Source: Bacteroidia bacterium
Lineage (GTDB): Bacteria > Bacteroidota > Bacteroidia > UKL13-3
Reading direction: 5' to 3'
Length of the DNA stretch: 64,000 nucleotides
Assembly (NCBI GenBank): GCA_018058135.1
Contig: JAGPCK010000010.1
Span: 108-64,107, forward strand
A program made the position numbers and the translations under genes. The notes beneath the pieces are model-generated. The model saw only the letters and a list, made by a program, of their open reading frames with translations, did no database searches and was not told the DNA's origin. Shown piece by piece: positions 54,109 to 64,000 of the stretch (within the stretch, counting starts at the first letter, position 1; every line of letters starts with the position of its first letter).

Positions 54109-55990
54109 ATGGGCAAAGCAAAGGTGCTTATTGTAGAAGATGAGCGCATCATAGCCAAAGACATTGAAAGAGGACTAATCACTCTGGGGTATGATGTAGT
54201 TGGCTTTGCACAAGATAGCTTAGAGGCCATATCGAAAGTAAAATCCTTGCGACCAGATGTTGTATTAATGGACGTGTACATTGATGGTGATATTGACGGA
54301 ATTGAAACAGCCAGAATCATCAACTCCACCTACTTTACTCCGGTAGTTTTTTTAACATCTTATTCCGATACCGAAACAATTGACCGTGCCAAAGATGTAG
54401 GCCCTTTTGCTTACTTATTAAAACCTTTAAATGAATCAGAGCTTAAGGTTACCATTGAACTAACCATGCACAGAGCCAAGGAAGAGTGGCGCTTGAGAAG
54501 AGAAAGCAGGCTGTTGTATGAGTTTGTAAAGGAAAATAATTACAATAAAGATTTACCTTTAAAAGCAGCTTTAAACACCATTACAGCTAAACTATCCCTT
54601 TTTACCTCTTCTCCCGACCCTTGTTTTTTGGTCTCACAGCAAGGGTTAATTATTGAAGTTAATAAAGCATCAGCGAATTTTTTTAATACCGATGTACTTA
54701 CCGGAGAGAATTTATTCAATTTGGTTCAAGAGGGTTTAGACTCAAATCGCATGTACCTTGATATTACTGGTAAAGGCAATTGGAGTGGGATGGTTAGAAT
54801 AGGAGGAAAAGAGAACGAACTTTATAGAATGACCGTAAAGCAGGTGTCTGATGCAGATGCAGCAAAAAACCTGCTGGTAGTTATTGAAACATTAGCATCT
54901 GCGACTGGCACTCATCCGCTATCGGCTGAACAGGAAGATTTATTTCACAGAATGCGTATTCTTACCAGTCATCTAGATAACGTTGTTATCTATGAAAGCG
55001 GATCAGGAAGAGATTATGTGAGTGACAATGTAACCAAGATGTTCGGACATCCCACTGCTGATTTCAAAGATCATAGTTTTTTCTGGACGCTCATTCATCC
55101 GGATGATTACAATAAGATTTATGATTCCTCTTACCAGTGGTATTACACTGATAACGAACAAACATGGACATCCACCTACCGGATGAAGCGCGCAGACGGA
55201 AGTTATATATGGGTTCAGGATCAGATGTTTCAGGTGCATAACAGTGCCGGAGTAAAATATAAAATAGGATTGCTCATTAATATCGATGACCTTGTTCAAA
55301 AAGAACAACTTTTACTTGACCGCGAAAAATTGCTCGAAAAATCACTGTCAGATAAAGATACACTCATTCAGGAAATACATCATAGGGTGAGAAACAACCT
55401 ACAGATTATTTCAAGTTTGCTAAAGCTGCAATCTTCTTTTGTGACGTATGATCATGTAAAACAATTGATCAATGACAGTCTGAACCGGGTGCGTACACTT
55501 GCGCTTATTCACGAAAACCTTTATGGGTCAGATGAAATTTCACACATCGATTTTGCCCAATATATTCATTCATTGGTGAACCAATTATTGCGCAACAGCA
55601 AAGTAGACCTTACGCGTGTAAAAGTAGAGTTTGATTTGGATAAAGCATCTTTGCCCGTGGATATTGCAACACCTTGCGGACTCATTATTAACGAGCTTGT
55701 TTCAAACAGTTTCAAACATGCATTCAATGGACGCGAAACAGGTACATTGAAAGTGCGTTTTAAGTACACTTCAGGTGATTATATGCAGCTTCAGGTAATG
55801 GATGACGGAATCAGGCATGCCTCCCGATTTTTCAATTTCTTCGAATTCTTCTTTAGGTATGATGATATTTCATTCACTTTGCGAACAAGTGAAAGCATTT
55901 GTAAAAACAGATTTTACATCAGGAGTGAAATTTGAGTTAGTTGTTCCTGTTCCACATAAACAATCAGTAGGCAGTCATGGTCTCAACTAA
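54109..55990 (+). pseudogene. REC-PAS-HisKA_2-HATPase_c sensor kinase with its frame broken at the G1 box (~55807-55814)
   Basis: The frame from 54109 reads ...[15 protein letters not shown]... and ends at 55935. The +1 frame (track ORF 55802..55990) reads ..[46 protein letters not shown], which is the expected remainder of the ATPase domain. Removing one A near 55813 restores DDGIGMPPDF. Confidence 0.7.
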
Positions 55991-58700
55991 AGGTCACAAT
56001 CAATCTACTATCTACATAGTAGAAGACGAACGCATCATTGCCAAAGACATTGAAGCAACACTTCGCCAGTTTGGGTATGACTGTGTAGGCTACAGTATTT
56101 CAGGTGAAGATGCATTGATTAAGATTCCGTTGGCTAAACCCGATTTGGTGTTAATGGATATCAACCTGAAAGAAGGAATGACGGGAGTTGAAACAGCTGA
56201 AAAATTAAAGTATATAACAGATGTTCCTGTAGTTTATCTTACAGCTTACAGTGATGATAAAACACTGGAACGGGCTAAAAAGACTGAACCATACGGTTAC
56301 ATTTTAAAGCCATATGAAGAACGTGAATTGCGCTCCATTATTGAAATGGCACTTCACAAATACAAGATGGAGCAGCAGATACGGTACAATGAAAAATGGT
56401 ACCGCACAATTTTAAACAGTACAGGTGAAGGAATAATAGTATGTGACCTTTCTGGTGTTGTTGCTTTTGCAAATCCTATGGCTTTGGAGTTGTTGGAAGG
56501 AGATGAAAGATTAATTATCGGCAGCAATATTCAGGACGTTTTTAGTATTGAAAGCAGAACCGATTCTGTTTATTCGCATTCTCCGCTTGCATTAATTGAA
56601 GAAGATAAGCTGTATACCACAGCCAGCAGGGTAAATTTAAAAACCTTAAAGAATCGGATTAAGCCGATAGATTACCTGGTCGCTTCAATTAAAAATGAGG
56701 AAGATGCCAAAACAGGACTGATTATAGTACTTCGTGATATTGCCGGTCAACTAAAAGCAGAGTCGGCAGCTAAGTCATCTGAGTTCAGGTATTCTGCCAT
56801 TTTTGAATCGGCAAGAGACGTTATCTATACAATTAATATGGAAGGAGCTTTTTCTTCCTTGAACAGAGCGTTTGTTGATTTAACCGGGTATGAAAAATCA
56901 GAAATGGTTGGCAGTCATTTCAGAAACTATATTCACCCTGATGATATTAAAATTGCGTTTAAAAATTTTGATATATTGAGTAAAGGTGGTTATCCCCCTG
57001 TACATGAGTTACGTGTTCTTACTAAAAGCGGAGAGTACCGATATGCTGAAATTACTTCTGTTCCCTTAAAAGATGAGCATAATGTGATAGGTGCCATTGG
57101 TATTGCCCGTGATGTAACCTTGCGTAAACAAACAGAACTGGAACTGATAAGAGCTAAAAATGTTGCGGAACAAAGTAAAAAATACCAGGAACAGTTTTTG
57201 GCAAACATTACACATGAAATCCGTACTCCAATGAATGCCATTATGGGTATGAGTCAGCTGCTTTTGCAGTCAACACTCAACCCCAACCAGCATGAATTTG
57301 TTGATGCCATAAAACTTTCTGCTGAAAACCTGCTGGTCATTATTAACGATATACTCGATCTGTCGAAAATTCAGGCAGGTAAAATGACCCTCGAAAAGAA
57401 AACATTTCATCTGGATGATTTTATTAACGGACTCTTCAGTACATTAAAGTACAAAGCTGAAGAGAAATCACTGCAATTTGAAAAACATATTGACAGTTCT
57501 ATCCATAAATACCTATTGGGCGACAAAACGAGATTGAATCAGGTATTACTTAACATTTTGAGTAATGCAATTAAATTTACAGATAAGGGTTTTGTTAAAT
57601 TAGATGTAAAGGAAGGGGTGTCTTCTTCAACAACCAAAACTCAGCTTATTTTTGAGATATCAGACACAGGAATTGGTATAGCACAGGATAAGTTAGGTGT
57701 AATATTTGATAATTTTAAACAAGCCAGTGACGATACTACCCGATTATACGGTGGCACAGGTTTGGGCCTCACCATTGCCAAACAACTGGTGGAACTGATG
57801 GGGGGAAATATAACTGTAAAAAGCGAGGTTGGAAAAGGTTCAGTGTTTGCAGTGAGTTTAGATTTTGAAAAAACATCGGCTCCGGTTGTTCCTGTTTCAG
57901 AGCAAATAATAGATAAACCGTTGTTATCAGATGTGGATGTTTTGGTAGTGGAAGACAACAACTTTAATAAGCTACTTATTAAAAATATTCTACTGGGATG
58001 GAAAACCAATGTTGATATGGCCGACAACGGGCAAATAGCCGTTGATATGCTTCGGAATAAAAAATACGACATTGTATTAATGGATATACAAATGCCCGTA
58101 ATGGACGGTTATCAAGCTACTGAATACATCAGGCATCAACTTCCTGCTCCGCAAAATGAAGTACCTATTATAGCTGTTACTGCACATGCTACACTTACTG
58201 AACGTGAAAGGTGCGAAAAATCAGGTATGAATGATTTTGTATCCAAGCCATTGGAAAGTGAAAAGTTGTATAAGAAAATGAAGGCCTTAATAGAGGACCC
58301 GAAGTTTATCGGGTTCGATAAAGGAGAACAGGAGCAGTTGATTAAAATTAATCAGGACCTGACGGATTTAAGTTATCTGAAGGAGATTTCGGGTGGAAGT
58401 GAAGAGTTGATGAAAGAGATGGTAGATATTTTTCTGACAGAAACACCCGATATGTTGCAGGGTCTTACCGAATCGGCCCAAACAGAAGATTGGAAAACAT
58501 TCAGGGAAATAGCGCATAAAATAAAGCCATCTATAACCTATGCCGGTATTGTGTCGGCTGAAAAGTTGATAGAGAAAATACACGAAGATGCCAAAAGCCA
58601 GACTAATCTGGATGAAATACCGGGCTTGCTTCCTGAATTTGTTTCAGTATGTAATGCAGCCATAGAAGAACTGAAAGGGAAAATGAAGGAGATGCAATGA
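55977..58700 (+). CDS. hybrid sensor kinase: REC - 2x PAS - HisKA - HATPase_c - REC - HPt
   Basis: 907 aa. N-terminal REC ([15 protein letters not shown]...LMDINL), H-box ITHEIRTPMN, G boxes DTGIGI/GGTGLGL, second REC (VLVVEDNNFN...LMDIQMPVMDG), and HPt (HKIKPSITYAG). Confidence 0.9.
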   Translation: MVSTKGHNQSTIYIVEDERIIAKDIEATLRQFGYDCVGYSISGEDALIKIPLAKPDLVLMDINLKEGMTGVETAEKLKYITDVPVVYLTAYSDDKTLERAKKTEPYGYILKPYEERELRSIIEMALHKYKMEQQIRYNEKWYRTILNSTGEGIIVCDLSGVVAFANPMALELLEGDERLIIGSNIQDVFSIESRTDSVYSHSPLALIEEDKLYTTASRVNLKTLKNRIKPIDYLVASIKNEEDAKTGLIIVLRDIAGQLKAESAAKSSEFRYSAIFESARDVIYTINMEGAFSSLNRAFVDLTGYEKSEMVGSHFRNYIHPDDIKIAFKNFDILSKGGYPPVHELRVLTKSGEYRYAEITSVPLKDEHNVIGAIGIARDVTLRKQTELELIRAKNVAEQSKKYQEQFLANITHEIRTPMNAIMGMSQLLLQSTLNPNQHEFVDAIKLSAENLLVIINDILDLSKIQAGKMTLEKKTFHLDDFINGLFSTLKYKAEEKSLQFEKHIDSSIHKYLLGDKTRLNQVLLNILSNAIKFTDKGFVKLDVKEGVSSSTTKTQLIFEISDTGIGIAQDKLGVIFDNFKQASDDTTRLYGGTGLGLTIAKQLVELMGGNITVKSEVGKGSVFAVSLDFEKTSAPVVPVSEQIIDKPLLSDVDVLVVEDNNFNKLLIKNILLGWKTNVDMADNGQIAVDMLRNKKYDIVLMDIQMPVMDGYQATEYIRHQLPAPQNEVPIIAVTAHATLTERERCEKSGMNDFVSKPLESEKLYKKMKALIEDPKFIGFDKGEQEQLIKINQDLTDLSYLKEISGGSEELMKEMVDIFLTETPDMLQGLTESAQTEDWKTFREIAHKIKPSITYAGIVSAEKLIEKIHEDAKSQTNLDEIPGLLPEFVSVCNAAIEELKGKMKEMQ

Positions 58701-58711
58701 GCCAGTTTTAG

Positions 58712-58719
58712 TACATTTG
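58712..58719 (+). promoter_or_regulatory. candidate -7 box
   Basis: tacatttg, 17 nt upstream of the ATG at 58737. Confidence 0.4.
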
Positions 58720-58736
58720 TGGCTTAAAAATTTATC

Positions 58737-59156
58737 ATGAATCAGGAATCCATTAATTCATCAAAAGCCCCCGAAGCCGTTGGACACTATCCTCATGCCC
58801 GAAGGGTAGGGAACTTACTGTTTCTTTCAGGTGTGGGGCCGCGTCAGAAAGGTACCAAAAAAATACCCGGAGTTGAGTTAAATGAAAAAGGAGAAATTAC
58901 CTCATATGATATTGCTGAGCAATGTCACTCTGTTTTTAACAACATCAAAAGTATACTCGAGGACTCCGGCAGCAGTTGGGATAAAATAGTTGATGTTACC
59001 GTTTTTCTCACCAACATGAAAGATGATTTTCCGGTGTACAATAAGTTATGGGCCGAATATTTTAAAGAGAATCCGCCTTGCAGAACTACGCTAGAAATTA
59101 ATTGCCTGCCAACCCCGATTGCCATTGAACTCAAGGTGATTGCCACAATTGACTAA
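58737..59156 (+). CDS. RidA/YjgF-family protein
   Basis: 139 aa. ...APEAVGHYPHA...GNLLFLSG... and C-terminal ...PCRTTLE...LP...IELKVIA. Confidence 0.85.
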   Translation: MNQESINSSKAPEAVGHYPHARRVGNLLFLSGVGPRQKGTKKIPGVELNEKGEITSYDIAEQCHSVFNNIKSILEDSGSSWDKIVDVTVFLTNMKDDFPVYNKLWAEYFKENPPCRTTLEINCLPTPIAIELKVIATID

Positions 59157-59159
59157 GAT

Positions 59160-59711
59160 TTAAAAAGGACTGTTAAAGTTTTTCAGTTGAGGGTTGAGGG
59201 TATCTTTTTCAGAAAGTACCGGTTGCTCAATTCCCCAATTAATACCCAGTTCAGGGTCATTCCATAACAAGCCTCCTTCGGCTGCCTTGTTGTAAACATC
59301 CGTGCATTTATAACTGAATATAGTGTGGTCCTCCAATGTAACAAATCCATGTGCAAAGCCGGGAGGAATCCAGAACATTTTAAAATTCTCTTCTGTAAGT
59401 TCAATGCTGAAATGTTGCCCGTAGGTTGGAGAGTTCTTTCGAATATCGACCACCACGTCCAATACAGCTCCTTTGATAACACGCACTAACTTTCCCTGTG
59501 CATGAGGCGGAGCCTGAAAATGTAAACCACGCAGAATACCTTTTTGCGAGAGCGATTGGTTGTCCTGTACAAAAACCGCCTCAATACCGGCTTGTTTAAA
59601 AGCTTCTGCGTTATATGATTCATAAAAATAACCACGGTGATCCTTAAATACCTTTGGTTCAATAACTAATAGTCCTTCCAGGGGTGTTTTTATAACTTCC
59701 ATAAGCTTCAC
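59160..59711 (-). CDS. rfbC: dTDP-4-dehydrorhamnose 3,5-epimerase
   Basis: 183 aa. ...FKDHRGYFYESYN..., ...LRGLHFQ..., ...GFAHGF... cupin motifs. Confidence 0.92.
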   Translation of the reverse strand: MKLMEVIKTPLEGLLVIEPKVFKDHRGYFYESYNAEAFKQAGIEAVFVQDNQSLSQKGILRGLHFQAPPHAQGKLVRVIKGAVLDVVVDIRKNSPTYGQHFSIELTEENFKMFWIPPGFAHGFVTLEDHTIFSYKCTDVYNKAAEGGLLWNDPELGINWGIEQPVLSEKDTLNPQLKNFNSPF

Positions 59712-59784
59712 AAAGGTAACAGCAGGTATGAGAATGAAAAATGAAAAATCAAACTAAAGCCGTACTGATTCGGGCTGAAAAGCA

Positions 59785-59792
59785 TATTTTTG
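59785..59792 (+). promoter_or_regulatory. candidate -7 box
   Basis: tatttttg, 24 nt upstream of the ATG at 59817. Confidence 0.35.
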
Positions 59793-59816
59793 CAATTCAC
59801 CCAAATACTTGATAAA

Positions 59817-60737
59817 ATGGAAGAAAGTAAAAGGAAGTCGAACAAGTTGTTTTTGGTTATCATCATCATTGTGCTGCTATTGCTCAATTTGGTTTTTATT
59901 TACAACTTCTACAGTACGGGTAAGAAGCTTACTGTAACAGAAGAAAAACTGGTTTCAACAGAAGACGCTAAAGCTGAATTAGAGAAACTACTTTCTGAAA
60001 CTGAGGTGCAACTTGACCAATACAAAGGCAAGAACGCACAACTGGATCAAATGCTTAAAGAAAAGAATGACTCATTGCTCGACCAGGCTGAACGCATTGA
60101 GCAATTGCTTAAGAAAGGGCAAATCAGTGCCAAAGAACTGGCCAAAGCAAGAGACGAACTCGATGTGCTTCGTTACTACAAACAAAAATACCTGCGTCAA
60201 ATTGATGAACTCGCCAAAGAGAATCAACGCCTCACTGATGAGAACAAAACGCTTCAGGGTGATGTAGATAAGCAGAAACGTAAGGTGGAAGACCTCACCA
60301 TGGAAAACATTAAACTAAACACTAAAGTTTCCATAGGAGCCAAACTTAACGTACAGAATATTTTTGTTACAGGAATTAAACTTCGCAGCAATGGTAAGGA
60401 AAGGGAAACTAACCGTGCCAGTCAAATGGAGGCCATTAAGGTAACTTTCACCATTATGGAAAATTTTGTGGCAGAAAAAGGTCCGAAAGATGTTTATCTG
60501 AGAGTGGCCAACATGGACGGAACACCTGCTTTTGCACAGGAAAACTCTACCAATGTATTCAAATACCAAGGAAAGGATGAGTTGTATTCCATGATGAAAA
60601 CCTTTAATTATGAAAATGCACAGATGGAAGCTTCCATGATTTGGAACAAAGGAAACGAGTTTGCAAAAGGCAACTACAAAGCTGAAATCTATTGCGAAGG
60701 CTTCTTGATTGGAAGCAAAGAATTTGAAATACGCTAA
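59817..60737 (+). CDS. membrane-anchored coiled-coil protein of unknown function
   Basis: ~306 aa from the ATG at 59817. One N-terminal TM ([19 protein letters not shown]), ~130 aa of heptad-like E/K/L/Q-rich sequence, then a beta-rich C-terminal domain. Confidence 0.55.
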   Translation: MEESKRKSNKLFLVIIIIVLLLLNLVFIYNFYSTGKKLTVTEEKLVSTEDAKAELEKLLSETEVQLDQYKGKNAQLDQMLKEKNDSLLDQAERIEQLLKKGQISAKELAKARDELDVLRYYKQKYLRQIDELAKENQRLTDENKTLQGDVDKQKRKVEDLTMENIKLNTKVSIGAKLNVQNIFVTGIKLRSNGKERETNRASQMEAIKVTFTIMENFVAEKGPKDVYLRVANMDGTPAFAQENSTNVFKYQGKDELYSMMKTFNYENAQMEASMIWNKGNEFAKGNYKAEIYCEGFLIGSKEFEIR

Positions 60738-60756
60738 AAATAAACACATTTTATAC

Positions 60757-61995
60757 ATGACAAAAATTAAAGTAACCAACCCCGTTGTAGAACTTGACGG
60801 TGACGAAATGACCCGCATCATATGGAAGTTCATTAAAGATAAATTAATTCTTCCATATATTGATTTGGATATTAAATACTATGACTTAGGTATTGAGCAT
60901 CGTGATGCTACCAATGATCAGGTAACTATTGATGCTGCAGAAGCCATTAAAAAATATAACGTAGGTATCAAGTGTGCCACCATTACACCTGACGAGGCTC
61001 GTGTAACAGAATTTAACCTCAAGCAAATGTGGAAGAGCCCTAACGGCACTATCCGTAATATTCTTGATGGTACTGTTTTTCGTGAACCTATTGTGTGCAG
61101 CAACGTACCTCGTTTGGTGCCAAACTGGACAGCACCTATTTGTATAGGACGTCATGCTTTTGGCGACCAATACCGCGCCACAGATTTTGTTACCAAAGGA
61201 AAAGGAAAACTCACAGTTAAGTTTGAAGGTGAAGACGGTACTATACAGGAATTTGAAGTATTTAATTTTAAAGGCGATGGTGTAGCTTTAGCCATGTACA
61301 ATACCGATGAGTCTATCCGTGGTTTTGCGCACGCTTGTTTCAACCAGGCTTTGAGCAAAAAATGGCCCCTGTATCTTTCAACCAAAAACACCATTCTGAA
61401 AAAATACGATGGACGCTTCAAAGATATTTTTGAAGAAGTTTATCAGGCAGATTATAAAGCTAAATTCACAGCAGCTGGAATAGTTTACGAACACCGTTTG
61501 ATTGATGACATGGTAGCCAGTGCCCTGAAGTGGAACGGCAACTTTGTTTGGGCTTGTAAAAACTATGACGGAGATGTACAAAGTGATACCGTTGCACAAG
61601 GCTTCGGTTCTTTGGGATTAATGACCTCCACCTTAGTTACACCTGACGGAAAAACTATGGAAGCTGAAGCAGCTCACGGTACAGTTACACGTCACTACCG
61701 CGACCACCAAGCAGGTAAATCAACTTCTACTAACCCTATCGCATCCATATTTGCATGGACTCGCGGTTTGGAGTTTCGTGGTAAGTTAGATGGCAACCAG
61801 GAGTTGATTAATTTCTGTCATGCACTGGAAGCAGTGTGTGTAGAAACAGTAGAGAGTGGTAAAATGACCAAAGACTTAGCCGTATGTATTCACGGCAATA
61901 AAGTTACTCACGGGGAACATTACCTCAATACCCAGGAGTTTTTAGATGCCTTAGATGCCAACTTGAAATCTAAATTAGGAAAAGCCTCTGCTTAA
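60757..61995 (+). CDS. icd: NADP-dependent isocitrate dehydrogenase (eukaryote-like homodimeric type)
   Basis: ~412 aa. [23 protein letters not shown]... and ...[24 protein letters not shown]... closely match the IDH1/IDH2-type family. Confidence 0.92.
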   Translation: MTKIKVTNPVVELDGDEMTRIIWKFIKDKLILPYIDLDIKYYDLGIEHRDATNDQVTIDAAEAIKKYNVGIKCATITPDEARVTEFNLKQMWKSPNGTIRNILDGTVFREPIVCSNVPRLVPNWTAPICIGRHAFGDQYRATDFVTKGKGKLTVKFEGEDGTIQEFEVFNFKGDGVALAMYNTDESIRGFAHACFNQALSKKWPLYLSTKNTILKKYDGRFKDIFEEVYQADYKAKFTAAGIVYEHRLIDDMVASALKWNGNFVWACKNYDGDVQSDTVAQGFGSLGLMTSTLVTPDGKTMEAEAAHGTVTRHYRDHQAGKSTSTNPIASIFAWTRGLEFRGKLDGNQELINFCHALEAVCVETVESGKMTKDLAVCIHGNKVTHGEHYLNTQEFLDALDANLKSKLGKASA

Positions 61996-62016
61996 TTAAA
62001 AATACAAAATATAAAT

Positions 62017-62049
62017 GCCGTTGCAGCCAAAGTTGCAGCGGCTTTTTTT
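62017..62049 (+). terminator. intrinsic terminator after icd
   Basis: 9-bp stem gccgttgca/tgcagcggc (one G-U pair), 8-nt loop, then a T7 run. It abuts the stop of the convergent gene. Confidence 0.6.
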
Positions 62050-62656
62050 ATTGTGGTTTAGCGTACTTGAATTTATTCAATAGTTTTGGTAAGTAATAGC
62101 TGTCTAAACCCAATGAAGCTACACTGTGCGCATCTTCCAGTGCAATAAAACCATCGGGCTGAACAACAGCATCGGGTAGATATACTTCCACAATTTCGCC
62201 TATAACCAAAAATGTATTATTGCGTTCAATGCGTATGGTTTCTGCGTATTTTAAGCCGTACTTAACAAAGCTTTCTTTTACGTAAGGTGCGGGAAAGTCG
62301 GTCCATTCTTCAGCAAGCAAGGTGGCATCAAATTCAGAAATTTCCTGCGGGTATTTGGCTGAAGTTTGGTGTGCACGTTCTACCATGCCCGGATGGATGT
62401 GGTTGATGGTGTAATAACCGGTTTCTTCGATATTGCTTATGGTATGTACGGAGGCAGCCAAAGGGCGGTTGATGAAACCAATCAATGCAGGATCAGCACC
62501 CAGGTGTACAATGTTGCTGAAGATGGCGAGGTTAGTTTGTTTCCCGGCATTGCAAGTTCCTATGAGGCTGGCACTTTTGTAACCACTAAGTGAGTTGATA
62601 AAATTGGCGCGGTAAAAACGTTCCCACTGCTGAAATTCAGGTGCAGTTACTTTCAT
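62048..62656 (-). CDS. flavin reductase-like (FMN-binding split-barrel) protein
   Basis: 202 aa. The layout resembles flavin reductase family proteins. Assignment is from overall pattern only. Confidence 0.55.
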   Translation of the reverse strand: MKVTAPEFQQWERFYRANFINSLSGYKSASLIGTCNAGKQTNLAIFSNIVHLGADPALIGFINRPLAASVHTISNIEETGYYTINHIHPGMVERAHQTSAKYPQEISEFDATLLAEEWTDFPAPYVKESFVKYGLKYAETIRIERNNTFLVIGEIVEVYLPDAVVQPDGFIALEDAHSVASLGLDSYYLPKLLNKFKYAKPQ

Positions 62657-62657
62657 A

Positions 62658-63374
62658 TTAAATAGCCTGATGGTTGAACGGTTGAATCACCAGTTCTGAT
62701 ACCACACCGGAGGAAGGTTGTTGGCAAAGGAACCATATACTTTTTGCGGCTTCTTCAGCCAGTACAAATTTATCGCGCTGTACACGCAAGTCAATAGTAT
62801 CCCAGAAAGGAGTGTCTGTTCCGCCTAAGAAAACATTGGTGATACGTATTTCAGTTCTTTTCAATTCTTCGCGCACAGATTTCATCATGCCGTTGAGTCC
62901 GTATTTACTTGCACTGTATGCAGCAGCCCCGCTCATGGGCGTTTTGCCCAATACTCCGGGAATATTAATAATAAGGCCTTTTTTAGTTTCTTTCATGGCC
63001 GGCAAAAAGTTTTTGAGCAAAAGAAAAGGTGCGTACAAGTTGTAGTTTAGTGAGCGGAGAAAATCTGTTTCAGTTAACTCTTCCAGCGGTTTAATAATAC
63101 CAACTCCAGAGGCATTAATAAGTATGTCAACAGTAGGTAACTCACTAAAGTAATTTAAGGAGAGCTGTTTTACTTCATCGGGTATACTCAGGTCGGCTGC
63201 AAACGTGCGTGTGGAAGGAAGCTGTAACGAGGCAGATAGTGTTTCCAATTTAGCTGCATTTCGTCCGGTTAAAAAAATATGTGCTCCGCTGTGATGTAAC
63301 AATTTAGCAACTTCTTGCCCTATACCACCTGTTGCCCCGGCTATTAAAACGTTTTTTCCCTGAAGTTTTTCCAT
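62658..63374 (-). CDS. short-chain dehydrogenase/reductase (SDR)
   Basis: GATGGIG cofactor motif and YSASK catalytic motif. ATG at 63374 preferred. Confidence 0.85.
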   Translation of the reverse strand: MEKLQGKNVLIAGATGGIGQEVAKLLHHSGAHIFLTGRNAAKLETLSASLQLPSTRTFAADLSIPDEVKQLSLNYFSELPTVDILINASGVGIIKPLEELTETDFLRSLNYNLYAPFLLLKNFLPAMKETKKGLIINIPGVLGKTPMSGAAAYSASKYGLNGMMKSVREELKRTEIRITNVFLGGTDTPFWDTIDLRVQRDKFVLAEEAAKSIWFLCQQPSSGVVSELVIQPFNHQAI

Positions 63375-63411
63375 GCAATGCAAACACGCATATCAGTGAA
63401 AAGTTTTCTGT

Positions 63412-64000
63412 TTAAGTAAGTGCTGCTTTGTAAGTGGCCAAACAACGTTGCCGTGCCAGTTCATGCTGCACTATTGGTTTAACGTAGCGGGGTGTATTGA
63501 ACTCGGGCACCCATTGTTTAATGTATTGAAATTGTTTATCAAACTTCTCGGTTTGTAACGTGGGATTAAACACCCTGAAATAAGGTGCGGCATCGGTTCC
63601 GCTGCCTGCAGCCCATTGCCATCCACCGTTGTTGGCCGAAAGATCGAAGTCGAGCAGCTTACGTGCAAAATAAGCTTCGCCCCAGCGCCAATCTATGAGT
63701 AAATGTTTAGTGAGAAAACTGGCCACAATCATGCGCACCCGGTTGTGCATAAAACCTGTAGCGTTTAATTCACGCATACCGGCATCAACAATGGGATAGC
63801 CTGTTTGTCCGTTGCACCAACGTTCAAATTCATCCGGATTGTTGCGCCACTCAATACGGTCATAAGCGGGCTTAAATGCACCTTTGGCCACATGCGGAAA
63901 GTGCCACAAAATCTGCATATAGAAATCGCGCCAGATGAGTTCATTGATCCAGATCTCACTTAAGCCTTGTGCTTTTCGGGCTTTCTCTCTGATGCTGATG
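63412..64000 (-). CDS. deoxyribodipyrimidine photolyase, C-terminal FAD-binding part (5' end beyond window)
   Basis: ...[13 protein letters not shown]...[15 protein letters not shown]...WGEAYF...[30 protein letters not shown]... The reading frame stays open to the window edge beyond the track's internal Met. Confidence 0.85.
   Translation of the reverse strand, partial: ISIREKARKAQGLSEIWINELIWRDFYMQILWHFPHVAKGAFKPAYDRIEWRNNPDEFERWCNGQTGYPIVDAGMRELNATGFMHNRVRMIVASFLTKHLLIDWRWGEAYFARKLLDFDLSANNGGWQWAAGSGTDAAPYFRVFNPTLQTEKFDKQFQYIKQWVPEFNTPRYVKPIVQHELARQRCLATYKAALT

Noticed and set aside
55802-55990. Tracked 62-aa ORF treated as an independent small gene.
   Set aside because: Its sequence is the G1/G2-box remainder of the upstream kinase's ATPase domain, so I report it as part of a frame-disrupted kinase.
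1-64000. Searched for CRISPR arrays, transposases/integrases, phage genes, toxin-antitoxin pairs, restriction-modification or other defence modules, and tRNA/rRNA genes.
   Set aside because: I saw no direct-repeat/spacer arrays, no recombinase or nuclease signatures, and no tRNA-like sequences on either strand. The accessory content is surface proteins and signalling genes only.

Overview
This is a dense 64-kb chromosomal segment that I assign to Bacteroidota. The grounds are three T9SS-type C-terminal sorting domains, a parA-parB-DUF5683 block, TAnnTTTG (-7) boxes upstream of many transcription units, and no Shine-Dalgarno-like leaders. I call about 51 protein genes. I saw no rRNA, tRNA, tmRNA, CRISPR array, transposase, integrase or phage module.

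Most of the window is housekeeping: parAB, smpB, pcm, uvrB, ung, ilvE, rdgB, folB, rfbC, icd, thiolase, acyl-CoA dehydrogenase, photolyase, an S46 peptidase, an ABC exporter and envelope sugar-transfer genes.

The non-routine content is:
- Three very large adhesin-like proteins (2269, about 1141 and 1150 aa) with beta-helix repeats and T9SS sorting domains. Together they are about 21% of the window. Two are tandem paralogs lying next to a TamL-like lipoprotein Omp85 gene that has no intergenic DNA on either side.
- A zero-spacer four-gene unit: a DtxR-family regulator, a canonical Nramp/MntH fused to an ATP-motif-intact USP domain, a thioesterase, and smpB. Upstream sits a divergent promoter region and an untracked 51-codon membrane ORF.
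- A three-gene signalling cluster: a LytTR response regulator followed by two kinases that each begin with a REC domain. The first kinase has a 1-nt frame disruption exactly at its ATP-binding G1 box.

I found nothing resembling a known defence, toxin or mobile system. The novelty candidates above are architectural inferences from hand-read motifs, and none has been checked against a database.
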